From Hormiphora californensis (taxonomy: Eukaryota; Animalia; Ctenophora), in NCBI GenBank assembly GCA_020137815.1, contig CM035352.1:1488001-1552000 (forward strand): DNA of 64,000 nucleotides, read 5' to 3'. Of the stretch, positions 39,355 to 52,016 are shown in pieces. The notes under the pieces were generated by a model. It had not been told where the DNA came from and ran no database searches. It saw nothing but the letters and a program-made list of their open reading frames with translations. Both the position numbers and the translations under genes were made by a program. Position 1 is the first letter of the stretch, and every line of letters starts with the position of its first letter.

Positions 39355-40161
39355 ATCGGTGTGAGGACTGAGAGAGAGAGAGAGAGAGAGAAACTCTATA
39401 AACTAGAGGCTAGGAGAATTAATATTTCCTTGGCTAATTCTGGTTTAGAAGTTTCTTTTCCTCTCTCTTGTGTGTGTTCGATGTAATTTTTGAAAGCATT
39501 CTCAGATAAGTTGTGTAAACAATATTTTGACTCGGCATTCTGCATTATAAAATAACTTGTTTTATCTTGTGTGATCGGGGCGGGGCCAATCCCGGTCTGA
39601 TAATGATATAGGAACTGGAGAATGGTTAAAGCTCTACTGGACAAAGTCATTCGTAGTGACAAAGAGTAATTGATACTAGGTCCTGGACTCAGGTCTGACC
39701 TGTCTGGCGGGATCGACAGAATGAAAACGGGGTCTGTCCGTCGCCAAGCAGGGTCTCTGACTCAGACTTTGTTGAAATGCAACACCACGCGCCGGCAGCC
39801 AAATCGAATTTTGGCTCGCTGCGCGTTCTATCTTAACTAGAAGGTCGTAGCGCGTTACATACAGAACCTTTCCAAGGCGTGATATGAGATGCAGCAATAC
39901 ATAGCACGGTAGTGACAAGCCTGGGTCAGGGAAAACGTTTCATTTGACAGATTCGTTTCACGGAGGACCAGAGAGATCCGAGTAGAGAGACAGCGATATA
40001 TAGAGGGAGAAGAAAGGTAGATGGAGAGAGAGAGATTCGGTTAGCACAAAGACGAAGGTCCATTTTGGGATTCTAATATAGACAGCGACTGACAAAATTG
40101 AATAGTAATTACTTGATAACTGTCAATTTTATTAAAAAAGACACTCATAAACTGTATTTTA

Positions 40162-41069
40162 CAGGGTGGGCAGTCTAGGGTGTGCTATTTCAAATTTTTT
40201 TCGACTAGGCCATTCAGTATCTAGCTAATGTGAAACTATGGACAATTCTCTATCACATCAGCAAAACAGAATCGAGATAGTGTTTGTCAGTTACGTTGGC
40301 ATCGCGATTTAAAAAGTGTAGTTTTTAACCGAAAAATGGTAAAAACAGGGAAATATATGTGGTTTTCACCAGTTTTTGACATGTTCTTGATATCAACTTT
40401 TTATGTTCAGGATCGTGTTCAGCACCTCGAAACTGACAAGAATTGATATGCATCATTAAATGATGCTAAAGTTCATTTTTGACCTAAAAATGTTCATTTT
40501 TAACAAAAAATGTTCATTTTTGAAAAAAATGTTCATTTTGGACATGTTCTTAAATTTTGAGAGCTTTTTCATGAACGGGATCGTGTTCCGCAGGCCAAAA
40601 TTAGTCGATTACAACCGAAATTTGCTTTCCACCAAGAAAAAACTAAAAAAAATTAAAATTCGTCCCCACGATTCTGCAAGTTGGTAAAATTAGCAAGAAA
40701 AAAAGGGAGAAAAATTTTTATTTTTGTTCATAAAGTGGATATCTGAAGACTCAAACTGAAAGTAACAGTTGTATAAGTTGTCACGAGACGATTTATATGT
40801 GTGTTTTGTTCGAAATCACGCCCTAAAACAGACTTTTTGAAATGAATATGCCCATATATGGGCATAGCTCGTGCCAACGTAATTGGGCCATGGTAAAGCC
40901 AAAACTTTGTGATAAAATGTTTTAGAATGATCGTAGGAGCTCATTTAACCCGATACCAAGTGAAATTTTGAATTAAATTAGGCATTTGAAAAAATAGCAC
41001 ACCCGTGACGATATACCGTGCTTAGTGCCCACTGGGCACTAAGCACGGTATATCGAGGAACCCACCTTG
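40162..41069. mobile_element. ~910-bp non-autonomous Tc1/mariner-like element with degenerate TIRs
   Basis: Left end TA|CAGGGTGGG..GGGTGTGCTATTT. Right end AAATAGCACACCC..CCCACCTTG. AT-rich interior. The right TIR is interrupted by a 47-bp palindrome. Confidence 0.6.
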
Positions 41070-41499
41070 TTTGACCCTCTCTTTCCAAAGAACATATCCG
41101 GCATCCAAATTTGATCAAATCATTTCTGCAGGAAGCTCTCTTTATTTTAATTTATTGTAGGTACGAGAACTCCAAAAATGGCACGAGTGCAATGTGCATA
41201 CAATCTAATTGTTGCTGCAGTGGCTTGGCACCCGGCTATGTTGCAGAGAAGTCTGTACCGAAAGGACAGTGGCTGAAACGCCATCGAAACGCACCACGAC
41301 ATTTATCCAACTCTTGGCTTGCTATTACACACATGATGTGTACATGTGTCCATTAGTGTGTGTCCTCACCTTGTACAGAATCCATTAAGGACCATGTTGT
41401 ATGTTACCCTCCTGAGCATTAAGTGCACTCTTATAGAGGGCTGAATGATGTCATGGTTGTAAGATGCTACCTCTTATAGAGGGCTGAATGATGTCATGG

Positions 41500-44450
41500 T
41501 TGTAAGATGCTACCTCAACTCAGAAAACTAATGCTATAATATGGGGAATCATAAGGATACAGTAACAAAACTGGTTCCTGCCCAGACGGCAGTTTCTATG
41601 TTTGACATGGGACACCAGACTCTTTACGTTGTTCTGCAGCAGAAATAAAATGTATTTTAAAACTTACCTACCAAGATAGTTACATCTAGTTACTCCAAGT
41701 CCAAATCGCACCCCAGAATCTGATTTGATTTTCGGGCCTATAACACCTGTCACCCATCTCTCTCTCCGTACTATGCTAGAGCTATGAAATACGATACCCA
41801 ACCGAAATCTTCTCTGCTCATATTCATACACCCTCTCTCTCTATCCTTCTTTGTCTGCAATAGCCTACATTTACTGGAGAGAGTTGAACTATGAACTAAA
41901 GAATTATGCGAACGATGGCATGCGGAGAAAATTGATAGGACAGTGGCTGTCTGACGGCCGTGATAAGCATCATTTACTCACCCAAATACGAGCTAATGTT
42001 GTTGAGTAACGGGCTAATGCAGGTGCGATTCACGTCATACAGGTTGAATTTTATTCAATGAATAACATTAAGCATGTTGGGTGTGTGGTGAGACATGATC
42101 GAGCAAAGCTGGTGATCAATAAAATTCAGTTGATTTTCAGTTATACCATGGGCAGGTAAATCTTGTTCGACCATCTCTCTCTCTCTCCGCGGTGGTGAGA
42201 GATAAAAAGGTAAACATCGGGGTCCGACTTACCGTTAACTCATCGTTTAGTTTCTGATGTTTTCCCCAAAGTTCCCAATATCTTACTGCGTTCTCCTCAT
42301 CCTGCGAAGAGATTTGTATGTCCAAAGCAATATAAAATTAACTGATCAATTTTTGGTTAGCGGACATAACTTTCATAATGGATTGAAATTCCAACCTTTG
42401 CACATTTATCAGATCCACCGTGACTAGAACTTTCTAACTCGAGTATTTCCTTTTCCCGTTGGACGAGGTACATTAGCAGTTCACTGGATGTATGCTGCAG
42501 AGAATGTTATGGCTCGATATTATAGTTACAAATCATTTTGTATTTTCTGGCTTATATTATCAATAATTTTAAAATAGGTATATTTGGAACTGGAAATATA
42601 TATTGACTTACTTTCAACCTTTTGCTCGACCTCTGATTACATGATGGCGACCTAGGTTTCATTTCGGTATGATCGTTATGATTGGAATCGCTGTAATAAC
42701 TCTAAAAAAGGAAAGGTTTAGACATGCGATCATCTAACGAGCACTACTGACTAAAAGGATAGACATTTATATCGACAGGAATATAGTCTCGCACACTCCT
42801 TATACATTTCCTTAAAAGGGTAGGCTTTTATCGGGCGCTATAATATGTTCTTTAAGAATTTATGTACTGCATGCAGCAGTATGAATCCCAGCTTATGTGA
42901 GAATATGAGCTGTGAAACAAAGCTCGTTGAACGAACACACAGTGGGGTAACTTGTTATGTTTTATTACCCTTTCTTTATATTTGCTCGCGAAAAAAGGGT
43001 CGAGCTAGGCAAGGGGTAACATGTTGGACAAATGGTGTTGTTTCTTTTGATTTCAACTTACAGAGATTCGAATTTCTGTAGGCTGATCCTCTGACTGTTC
43101 AGACTGAAAGAAGGATAATTGAAATTAGGAACCGACCGAATCAGGAAATACTGGTCCCTGATTGGCTGACAACCAATCACGTGACCTAAATAACGAGTTC
43201 TGATTGGTTGTTTACTTGTTTCGGTCCTGACTGTTCAGACTGAAAGAAGGATAATTGAAATGGGGGAAGGGGAAGTGTTCAATATACATTATACACACAG
43301 TTGTAGAGAGAATAAAGAATAGAGGCTAGAGAATCAAAATCGTTTTTTTAATGGTCCGGGGAAGTAATCAATGGTCTTGGAGACACAGTCACCCCTACAT
43401 TAAACTAGTTATCAACATTCCTGACAACTTCATTCTTCCCTGAATGATTTATAATTACAATCCGTCTTGCAGGGAAGTGTCCAGGAAGTACCTATATAGC
43501 TACTCTCAAAAACATGATTTAACTCACTAACCATGTCGTAAATTCGCACAAAGTCAGGATTCCCAGGAGAAGCAGGAGTGGTTTGCAGTTGGGTAGCTGC
43601 CGAGCTTTCCTCAAGCAACGTTGACCTGTCAAGATGATAATTTGACAATATAAACCATAGCGGGCGATATTATATTCGCCATCCTAATCGAATTTACAAT
43701 GCCTCTTGATAAGTTCTTGCTATCAATATATCTAGCAATGTCTAATTACTATTATATTGGCAAATGAATTGTCAACCACAGGAGGTGGTCCAATATGTCA
43801 CAAATCCATTATTAGAGCGTGCCAGGTATGTATTAGAACGCTAGTACCTTAGTTCATCGGTTAGTACTGATTGATTATGAAACATAGTGTCGTAACCGTC
43901 AATAATCTCCTTGTTGAATGACAACTTTTTTAAATACTCCTCAATCCTTTCCATCCAACCCTGGAAAAATTAAATTAAAAAACTGAATATCATAAGTTCC
44001 CCCATCCTCTCTCCTCATACCTCACGGCCATCATTAGCGGTGCTGGTATCACTAAGTGATTGGCCCTGTGCGTAGGGTCCCCAACAGGGGTTCACACTTC
44101 ACGCCCATGGCAACCGCTCTTATCAAATCAAATCAAAATCATAAGTTGCTATCCACTATCTATTTCTCTGATTTCATACCTGAATACTTGCTGTGCTGCA
44201 GTGCTCTCCTACATCAGACGAATCGGTGGTTGGAAGTTCTGTGGTGGGAGGTTCAGGGGGTATGAAGTTAGGTGGAGGAGAGAGGACTCTTGACTCTAAC
44301 AAGATACAGGGAGGCTCATCTAATGTAAAACTGCAGTTGGTGTGATCGAAACTACTCAACATCTCGGACGAGGTTTCCAGGATAGAAAAGGATCTCCCAC
44401 ATATCATAGCACACACACACGCAGCAGACGTCACCCGACCATGTCCTACA
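41500..44450 (-). CDS. Probable multi-exon gene of unknown function
   Basis: AG/GT-bounded open segments, for example 43961-~43848 (GWMERIEEYLKKLSFNKEIIDGYDTMFHNQSVLTDELR), ~43625-43532, ~44445-44180 and ~42320-42233. No family recognised and the exon chain is not resolved. Confidence 0.4.
43126..43226. mobile_element. ~100-bp short element between 35-bp direct repeats
   Basis: AGGAACCGACCGAATCAGGAAATAC...GTTTACTTGTTTCGGT lies between two copies of CTGACTGTTCAGACTGAAAGAAGGATAATTGAAAT (43091-43125 and 43227-43261). Confidence 0.65.
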
Positions 44451-44585
44451 AGTGGATTTTAGCGTGGTAAATAATCAAATCAAATATTTCATTTATATGG
44501 CATATAAAGTAGGAATATATAGTGTTTTGTTACAGCTAGGTATCCATTTGATAGACTCATTACTCTCATACAAAGACATAGGTAA

Positions 44586-44839
44586 CATACTAACGACCTC
44601 CCTTGCACCTCCGGGAGATCTCCCAGGTACTTCCCCAAAGACGTCCCAGCTGAAGGGTTATATCTGCTATCTGAGATGTCATGTACTGCCAGAAAAGTGT
44701 GTTAGAACGGTCACCAAGTCACATTTCTACACATTTCTACACTGGCAGTACACGACGTTCCGGAAGGTACATCCATTATAATCCCCCAAGTAGGACGTCT
44801 CTGGGGGACGTCCCCAGGAGCAAGGGAAGCCGTAAGTAT
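44586..44839. mobile_element. Degenerate MITE
   Basis: Imperfect ~65-bp TIRs CATACTAACGACCTCCCTTGC.. / ..GCAAGGGAAGCCGTAAGTATG. Confidence 0.55.
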
Positions 44840-44859
44840 GGAATATGCTCATGGTCATG

Positions 44860-45075
44860 CACAATGCTGCGACTCATGACCAGACTCTACGTGAATCTTC
44901 ATTTGGTATTCGGGCAGCACAGTTATTTAACAGAATGCCCGCTGAAGTTCGACTTGCCAAATCTGTCGAAATCTTGAAGATTAAGCTAGGGGAATTCCTT
45001 GCGACTATCCCTGATGACTGATCTACCCCCAGTAAGAGGATACTCCAGCCCCCGGGACAACTCTCTAGTCTCTTA
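44860..45075 (+). mobile_element. 3' end of a CR1/L2-group non-LTR retrotransposon ORF2 (fragment)
   Basis: Translates SFGIRAAQLFNRMPAEVRLAKSVEILKIKLGEFLATIPD, then (shifted frame) PPVRGYSSPRDNSL, the usual CR1/L2 ORF2 C-terminal pattern. Confidence 0.75.
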
Positions 45076-45668
45076 TGGCCCTACTCACGGAAGGTAGTTT
45101 CATCCTTCACCTCACTCCTTCACCTTTCCATGCCACATCAATGTCCACGCGGATGCTTTTGCTGAGTGCGTTGTTATTATTTGTAAATCTTGTAAAATCT
45201 TGTAAATCTTGTAGAGTTGTTGATTTCAACCACGTCCCAAATTGTTAGTTGTGGAGGAATCAAATTTTCAACCCGCTTTTGTAAATTTCAAGACCTTGGA
45301 TGACTAGACTGTTTAGAGACACTTAGGAGATGTGCCATGCTGACTGGTGGGCCTCCTGTGACTCTCCTGGAGCGGGGAGCCTACTGCCTGGAAGCCTTTG
45401 AACTTTTACTGATTTAATCTGAATACTGAAAGTTTGGCATACGCTGCAGGCCCCGTGTTGCGACGTAACGTGCGTGAGGGGACTGTAAACATGTGAGTAC
45501 ACGTCAATTTTTAAATTTTCGAAGAGAAAAAGTAAAAACTCAGATCGCATTTTTCAAAAAACAAAAAGAACGTGATTTTATTTCAAAATTTAGCGCGCGC
45601 CATAAAATGCAACGCATTATCAAAAATTGACAAGAATTGCCCAGTTGGAACGGAACGCGCGGTTTCGT

Positions 45669-45962
45669 AAAGTCGAATTTTTTATTTAAGCGACAGGCCG
45701 CCGCGCATTCAAAGAGGTCGCGCGGCGTTGTATTTGCGCGTGATAATCGAGATCAAGTTCCTGGTAATCTTAAGACTTGAACCCGGAAGCGTTGGAAAGA
45801 TAATTTCAAGACCTTTCCAACGCAACCAAGATCAATTCTTTATCTTATCAGGAACTGGAGATATGAACGAAAAGGTTTCTCGAATTGTCACGCGCAAATA
45901 CAACGCCGCGCGACTTCTTTGAATGCGCGGCGGCCTGTCGCTTAAATAAAAAATTCGACTTT
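45669..45962. mobile_element. Foldback/MITE with ~85-bp arms and a central GCGTTGGAAAG..CTTTCCAACGC hairpin, inside a larger CpG-rich repeat (about 45440-46510)
   Basis: AAAGTCGAATTTTTTATTTAAGCGACAGGCCGCCGCGCATTCAAAGA.. and its reverse complement ending at 45962. Confidence 0.7.
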
Positions 45963-46968
45963 AGATCTTTTTTGAATTTCTCTGTTTATCTGTTAACAGC
46001 TGTTTCCTGTTTCCGGATGGGGGCGCGATTATAATCTGGGTGCCTTGCAGCGTGTTTACAGGTGCGCGCTGCCAAAAAAGTACACCTAAAACCGCTTAGA
46101 CCGACTTTTTTCAAACGGCTATAGCCACGCAACCACATGGCCGATTTGAGTAAACTAAACGGTATCTGATAGAGAATCGATAGCCCTAACCGATAACCCC
46201 AAACAAAACCCTAACCCGACCCTAACAACAGCCCTAACCCGTCTCGAACGCCAAAATCGATGAAATGTTAGCAATGGAAGGCACCCAGATTTTAACGTTT
46301 TCCTGAGAGCCAAATTCCAAGAATTACGGGTCAAGTCGCTTGAAACGGACTTTAGGGAGCCGCGCATGCCTCCATTGTAACGCGCAAATAATGAAATAGC
46401 GACGCGCAGCTTTGGTCACCGCGCCGCGCTATCGAAATGAAATTTCGCCTCGAAAATCAGAAGCTCAAAACTCGTTTTTGAAAATTTTGTTTTTAAATTT
46501 TCCTGGCCCGAATTTGCTAACTGATGGCTGACCCATGTCTAAGACACACATATCAATCATCAGGTTATCAAGTGTCTAGTTATTCAAGTCCCAGACCCCT
46601 TTTCAATTCCCGGGTCCCTTTTCAGTTTTCGCCAATTTTAACAGTTTTGGTCTTGCCGCAGGCCGCTCACTGCAGGCGTGCCAACTGCCATACCCAAATT
46701 TATGGAGAGCAGAGAGAGTAGAGTGCATTGGATCTTATTGTTCCTCTTATTCATGGTGTAGTGAGTGTTTTTGTTCATATTAAACACCAACCATACTCAA
46801 ATGACCATATGCCACACTTCATAGAGAGAAAGGGGAGTGACTGTTGACTTTGGAGCGACTTTAAACTTAAAATTACAATATTGAATCAAATAAAGCTCAG
46901 TGTTGAGAATCTAACAAACTTCCATGCATTAGGTGTATTGATTATGTAGTAGTGATGATAGGCCTAGT

Positions 46969-49932
46969 ATGGACGAGGAGACAAGAGATATTATCAATGC
47001 AGTAAGTTATTGGATCACTCATCAGTCGTTTGGGTCATTATATATAAATTCTAATGATACTGTAAATTTGTATCTTTCTTCTCAGAAGCTTTGTTTTAAC
47101 TTGACCCCCCTTTTCCAGGTTGGTCGGGAGGGCCGGTTAATTGAGCCAATTAACTATGAAGATTGGATTGATGGGAAGACAGCGGTTCTCAGGGAATGTG
47201 ATCCTCACACTGACCTCATGCTGTTTCCCACGGATGACATTGAGGTGTTGTCTTATGCCCGGGATCACCGAACTCTAGAGGAGCCAGTCCCACGAGGAGC
47301 TAGGAAACGGAATGATGAGAACCCCCATGTGTTTGATAGTGTTAGTCTTCTCACCAAGGATTGGTGTGTTGTCAACAGAAGGTATGACAACACCGCCGAT
47401 ATTTACCCCGCTACCTAATCATGATTTTATCAATTGTTGATTTGAAATTCCTGTATCATGTATGTGACTCATGTCACATTGTGACTCATGTCACATTGTG
47501 ACTAAGGACTGCATGGTGTGTTCTCGAAGGGATCATTACCACGCTCAGACTCTCTCCCTCTCATCCTTCCCAGCCTGTAACACCCTACATATCTGCAGGT
47601 ATGAGCGAGGATACACGGCAGCTACATTGGAAGATCGCCAGAAAAACCTATCTCATCACAGCTACGAGGTGGATCACGCAAAGGTGAAAGGCTCATTTTG
47701 TCTCTATCTGATATTTTTATCTCTCCTAATTTTTACCCCTTTTTGTCTATAATATGAACTTGTTGTAGATTCAACTGGTTGCTAACTCCATCTTACAGGC
47801 GAATATGACTGCCGAAGAGACAGCTATCTTGAACAAAGCTGAAAATAATCGATCCAGTTTTGCCTCAGAGTAAGTGATAGCACTAAGTGATTTGTTCACC
47901 AGTTTGTTATGCTATGTTTGATATCACTAGTAGCATACATTACATCATTAAATATTTCTGTTGATAATTAGTAAATAACATTTCGTGAGTTAACTTTTAC
48001 CAAAGTCTCTTTGGAGATAAATAATGTCTCATTTGATAGGAGAATAGACTATTAAGGTGTTTAACGTTTAGTTAATTTCTTTGAGATCTCCATTCAATTA
48101 ACCTGTATGTTCGTCGGTGTGTTTGTGTGTCTGTTCGTCTGTGTGCCTGTTCGTCTGTATGTATCTCCGTCTGTGTGTTTGTTGGTAGCCGGAGCAGCAG
48201 CTGCAGCATGGGTCGAACTCAGAACTGTTGACAGGAGCATGAGAGAGAAAAATTGAGGGAGAGAAAGAAAAATAGAGATGGAGGGAGAGAATAAGATATA
48301 GTGAGAGAGGGAGAGAGAGTGAGTGAGAAAAGAGGGAGAGAGATAGTGAGAGTGTAAGCAGTAAGAGTTGAACAAGCCCAAGAAAGCTGTCTGCACTGCA
48401 GCAGTTCTGCAGCAAAGTACAGTTATTGTGTACACTCAAAATTAACCAATTATAGCAGTGTAATTAACAGTTATTACTTTCAATCAAACTAAATATCTAC
48501 ACAGAATTGTTAGTGGAGTAGAACGTTACATGCACAACACAATAATCACTTTGTGTGTGGTGTGTGTAAATTTGTCACATACTCTCATCGATCCATCCAT
48601 TCCTTTTTTCTTCACAAACACACATGACCCTCAAAGTAAAATCTACCCTGACCCCCTCCTTCCCTGAACCCGCACCCTGACGGCTGACCCCCTTTCTCCA
48701 TAGTAGTGAGTTGCTAGACGAGACGGAAGGCGATAAGATCATACCAAGGTATCTAAAGGCGTATACACTACCAAAGATAAAGGATACAGATGATGGTAAC
48801 AAGAGAGAACGGCAGAAACAGCGTCCCAGCTACCTTGTTCTCCCTCTACTCTAGTCCACAAAGCGTAAGGAGCTTTCTATTGTCTTCGCATGTCTGTCTC
48901 TGTGTGTGGGTGTGTCTGTCTGTTTGTCGTGGTAGCAAAACCTAATCTAAATGTAATCTGAATTCAGTATGTGGCAATTAGACAATAGCCATGTCAAGAA
49001 ATATTCGAATCTTTTGTTTGAAAAACTCGCAAACTCTAACTCCAAAATGATCGAATAGAAATGCATTGGTCTAGTGCCTTCACTACATGATAATCAGCTA
49101 TCCCCTCAGACCACTTGATATACATGAAAAATACATGAAAAATGAACTTTTGAATAAAAAACTCAAAATTTGCAAAAAGTTACCAAGGAATTGTTCCAGC
49201 ATGTTCCCGTAGTTTGTTTTTGCACAACTATCACCGTTTCGGAGGTACAGCTCGTCCCCCGGCCTCATAATTTATGGGCCACCTTGTACAAACACACCTG
49301 GCTACTTTTTGAAACAATACAGTTTCTAACCAGCTCATTGCTTTCAGTATACACTAGATGAACGGATAGAATCGCGGAAGAAGCCCATAGTTCCCTCTGC
49401 CCATGAGAGGCCTTACAGAATACAGATAACATTCAACAAATTAGAGTTAGTAGCTTCAAATAATAACCCCCTTTTATTATCACAATTACACTAAGAATCG
49501 CTGGGTACTTTCCTGCTTTCATCTCGCTGATACATTTTACGACTTGTATATTTAAACATCACTATACAGCTATTTTTGAATTTTTAAATTTGTTCACCTT
49601 GATTATAATGGCCTAACCCTAATTCTCCTCTAGATTACTACAGATTATCGAGCCCCTTTACATTTCGGTTGCCCTGTACGATGCAAAACTCAAGAAAAAG
49701 GTGAGAACGAATTCATTGGTAAAAAGGTGTCTGGTGGTGCCAGACCCTGTTGCTTGTGCACTTAGATTGGTTCGGCCGTCGGGGGTAAACATGTGAAACT
49801 GATTATGAAGCAGTTTGGATATGGAATCAGTGTGATCAGTACATAATGACAGGTGTAGTGTACACTTTACATACACACAGCTTAGTTATAGTAGGCAGTA
49901 GCATATGTCATTCACTGGTGTGTATACAAATG

Positions 49933-49967
<35 letters not shown>

Positions 49968-50370
49968 TGTGTGTGTGTTGGGTGTGCCGTTACATTCAAC
50001 TGCTGTCCCATCTCTTCTTTGACTGAGTCCTGCTCTGCCCCTCTCTCTCTACTCTGACTGGGTACTACATAACAGCTGGGTCGCCTCTCTTATGAATCGC
50101 ACATGCCGCCCTTTTGATGGGGAATGTTCAAGGATAAACGTGACTTGGAGTAGAATAAATGAGGGTGATAAGAAAGAAACATCAATAAATCGTTTTTGGT
50201 AAATGGTATTTGGTATACCCCTTACTGACTCCCTCCTTCTCACTCTTTCTCACTTTCCCTCCGTTTATCCCTCTAACAGTCTCTCTCTTTCTCTATCTTT
50301 CTCTCTCCTGTGTATCACTACTGCAGCTGCAGTCGGGTAATGACTGACCAGTTCACACACATACACATAG

Positions 50371-50405
<35 letters not shown>

Positions 50406-50760
50406 ACTCTCTTTCTCTCTCTTTCTTTGTGGGTAGGTGTGTGGGGAGCGAAGCGGAAATAAAATTATAACAAAAACACAGTACACACGCACGCATTCTT
50501 CGACTGAGTTGTACGATATACCACCGTGGTAGTGAGGGTGTGTACAAGTATTACAGCCGCTGCAACAGGCGGCTGGCCAGGAGGTATAACAGAAGTGTTA
50601 ATAACGATGATAATAACAGGATTAGAAAATGACAATTATATCTCTTTATTTCAATCACATACTTACCAAGTTTCGACCCCTTCAGTAGCTGATATTATGT
50701 ATATGTCCAAGTGAAGTTAGCTTGATAATACTGTTCATCATAATCTCTCTCTCTCTCTCC

Positions 50761-50796
<36 letters not shown>

Positions 50797-50832
50797 CTCT
50801 CTCTCTCTTTCTCTCTCTTCTCTCTATCTCTC

Positions 50833-50916
<84 letters not shown>

Positions 50917-51968
50917 CCCCTCTCCCCTGCATTCAATGATACATCCTGTTCATCCAGGGGGGGTGGTATACACTCACACATAATACTGCACAATGGTCAG
51001 GACAGGAAAATCATTGTACCGGGGGGTCCTTACCAGCAGATAGTGCTTGCTAGGTCTTACACCGTGTGTAAGAAGCCACACGAGGCTGTAAATTTCCTAC
51101 AGATACCCTGTTATTGACCTCTCCTCCTAGAAAATTTACGGGTCAGAAAATTGAATTTTATTAATGGGCTCCATTTTTTCTCTTTATTTATTTCCTCCTT
51201 CGCTTCTCTATTATATATCGATGCATAACTATCCCTCCCCCACCATTCACCAATAAGCCGTACAGCTAACTACCCTCTCCTCCAGGTCAGTGAGACGGTT
51301 CATATTGACCTCAACTCAGACGATATGCTGAAAATGGCCAACCCTGATCTCCAATACGAGGTAATTGTGAAACACACATGTTGATGCTGCAATGTGTACC
51401 TAACATGTACACAATTGTAAATCTGGGGCACATCATTTCCTACTTCGTGATCATGTACACATGTGTGTGTTCCTGATGTATCTGCACGTGCAATACTTTG
51501 TGTCACAAAACACGGCGTGTGGATCTATAATATCTGCTGACAAAACCACATAATCATGTTACATGCAGCATGTAACATTATGTGTGATCATTGTGTCTCT
51601 GTGTGTAACATGGAATAAACCTTGTTTCAGACATTCACCCGGGGTACGAAGGCGATATTTTCAATAACTGACCCAACTAGTGATATCTATGTAGTTGTGA
51701 GGGTAAGTACTGCTCCCATCCCTCATGTAGTAGTGGGGAAAAGCTCTCTGGATCTCTTATTATATCGTCCATATATACTGTGTAGGGGGTGGGGGGGGGG
51801 GGGGGGTCTGAACAAGACAAGTCTTGATATTATACGAGTTATAATACGAGTATCGTTCAAAAATTAGTTCAACTGTCATTCTCACGCCTTCTGTTATTAC
51901 ATACACGCAGCCTTTCTCCCACTTCTCTTCACTGTGCCACGTTCCTCAGTCTATCTCCTCTTACCTGG

Positions 51969-52016
<48 letters not shown>

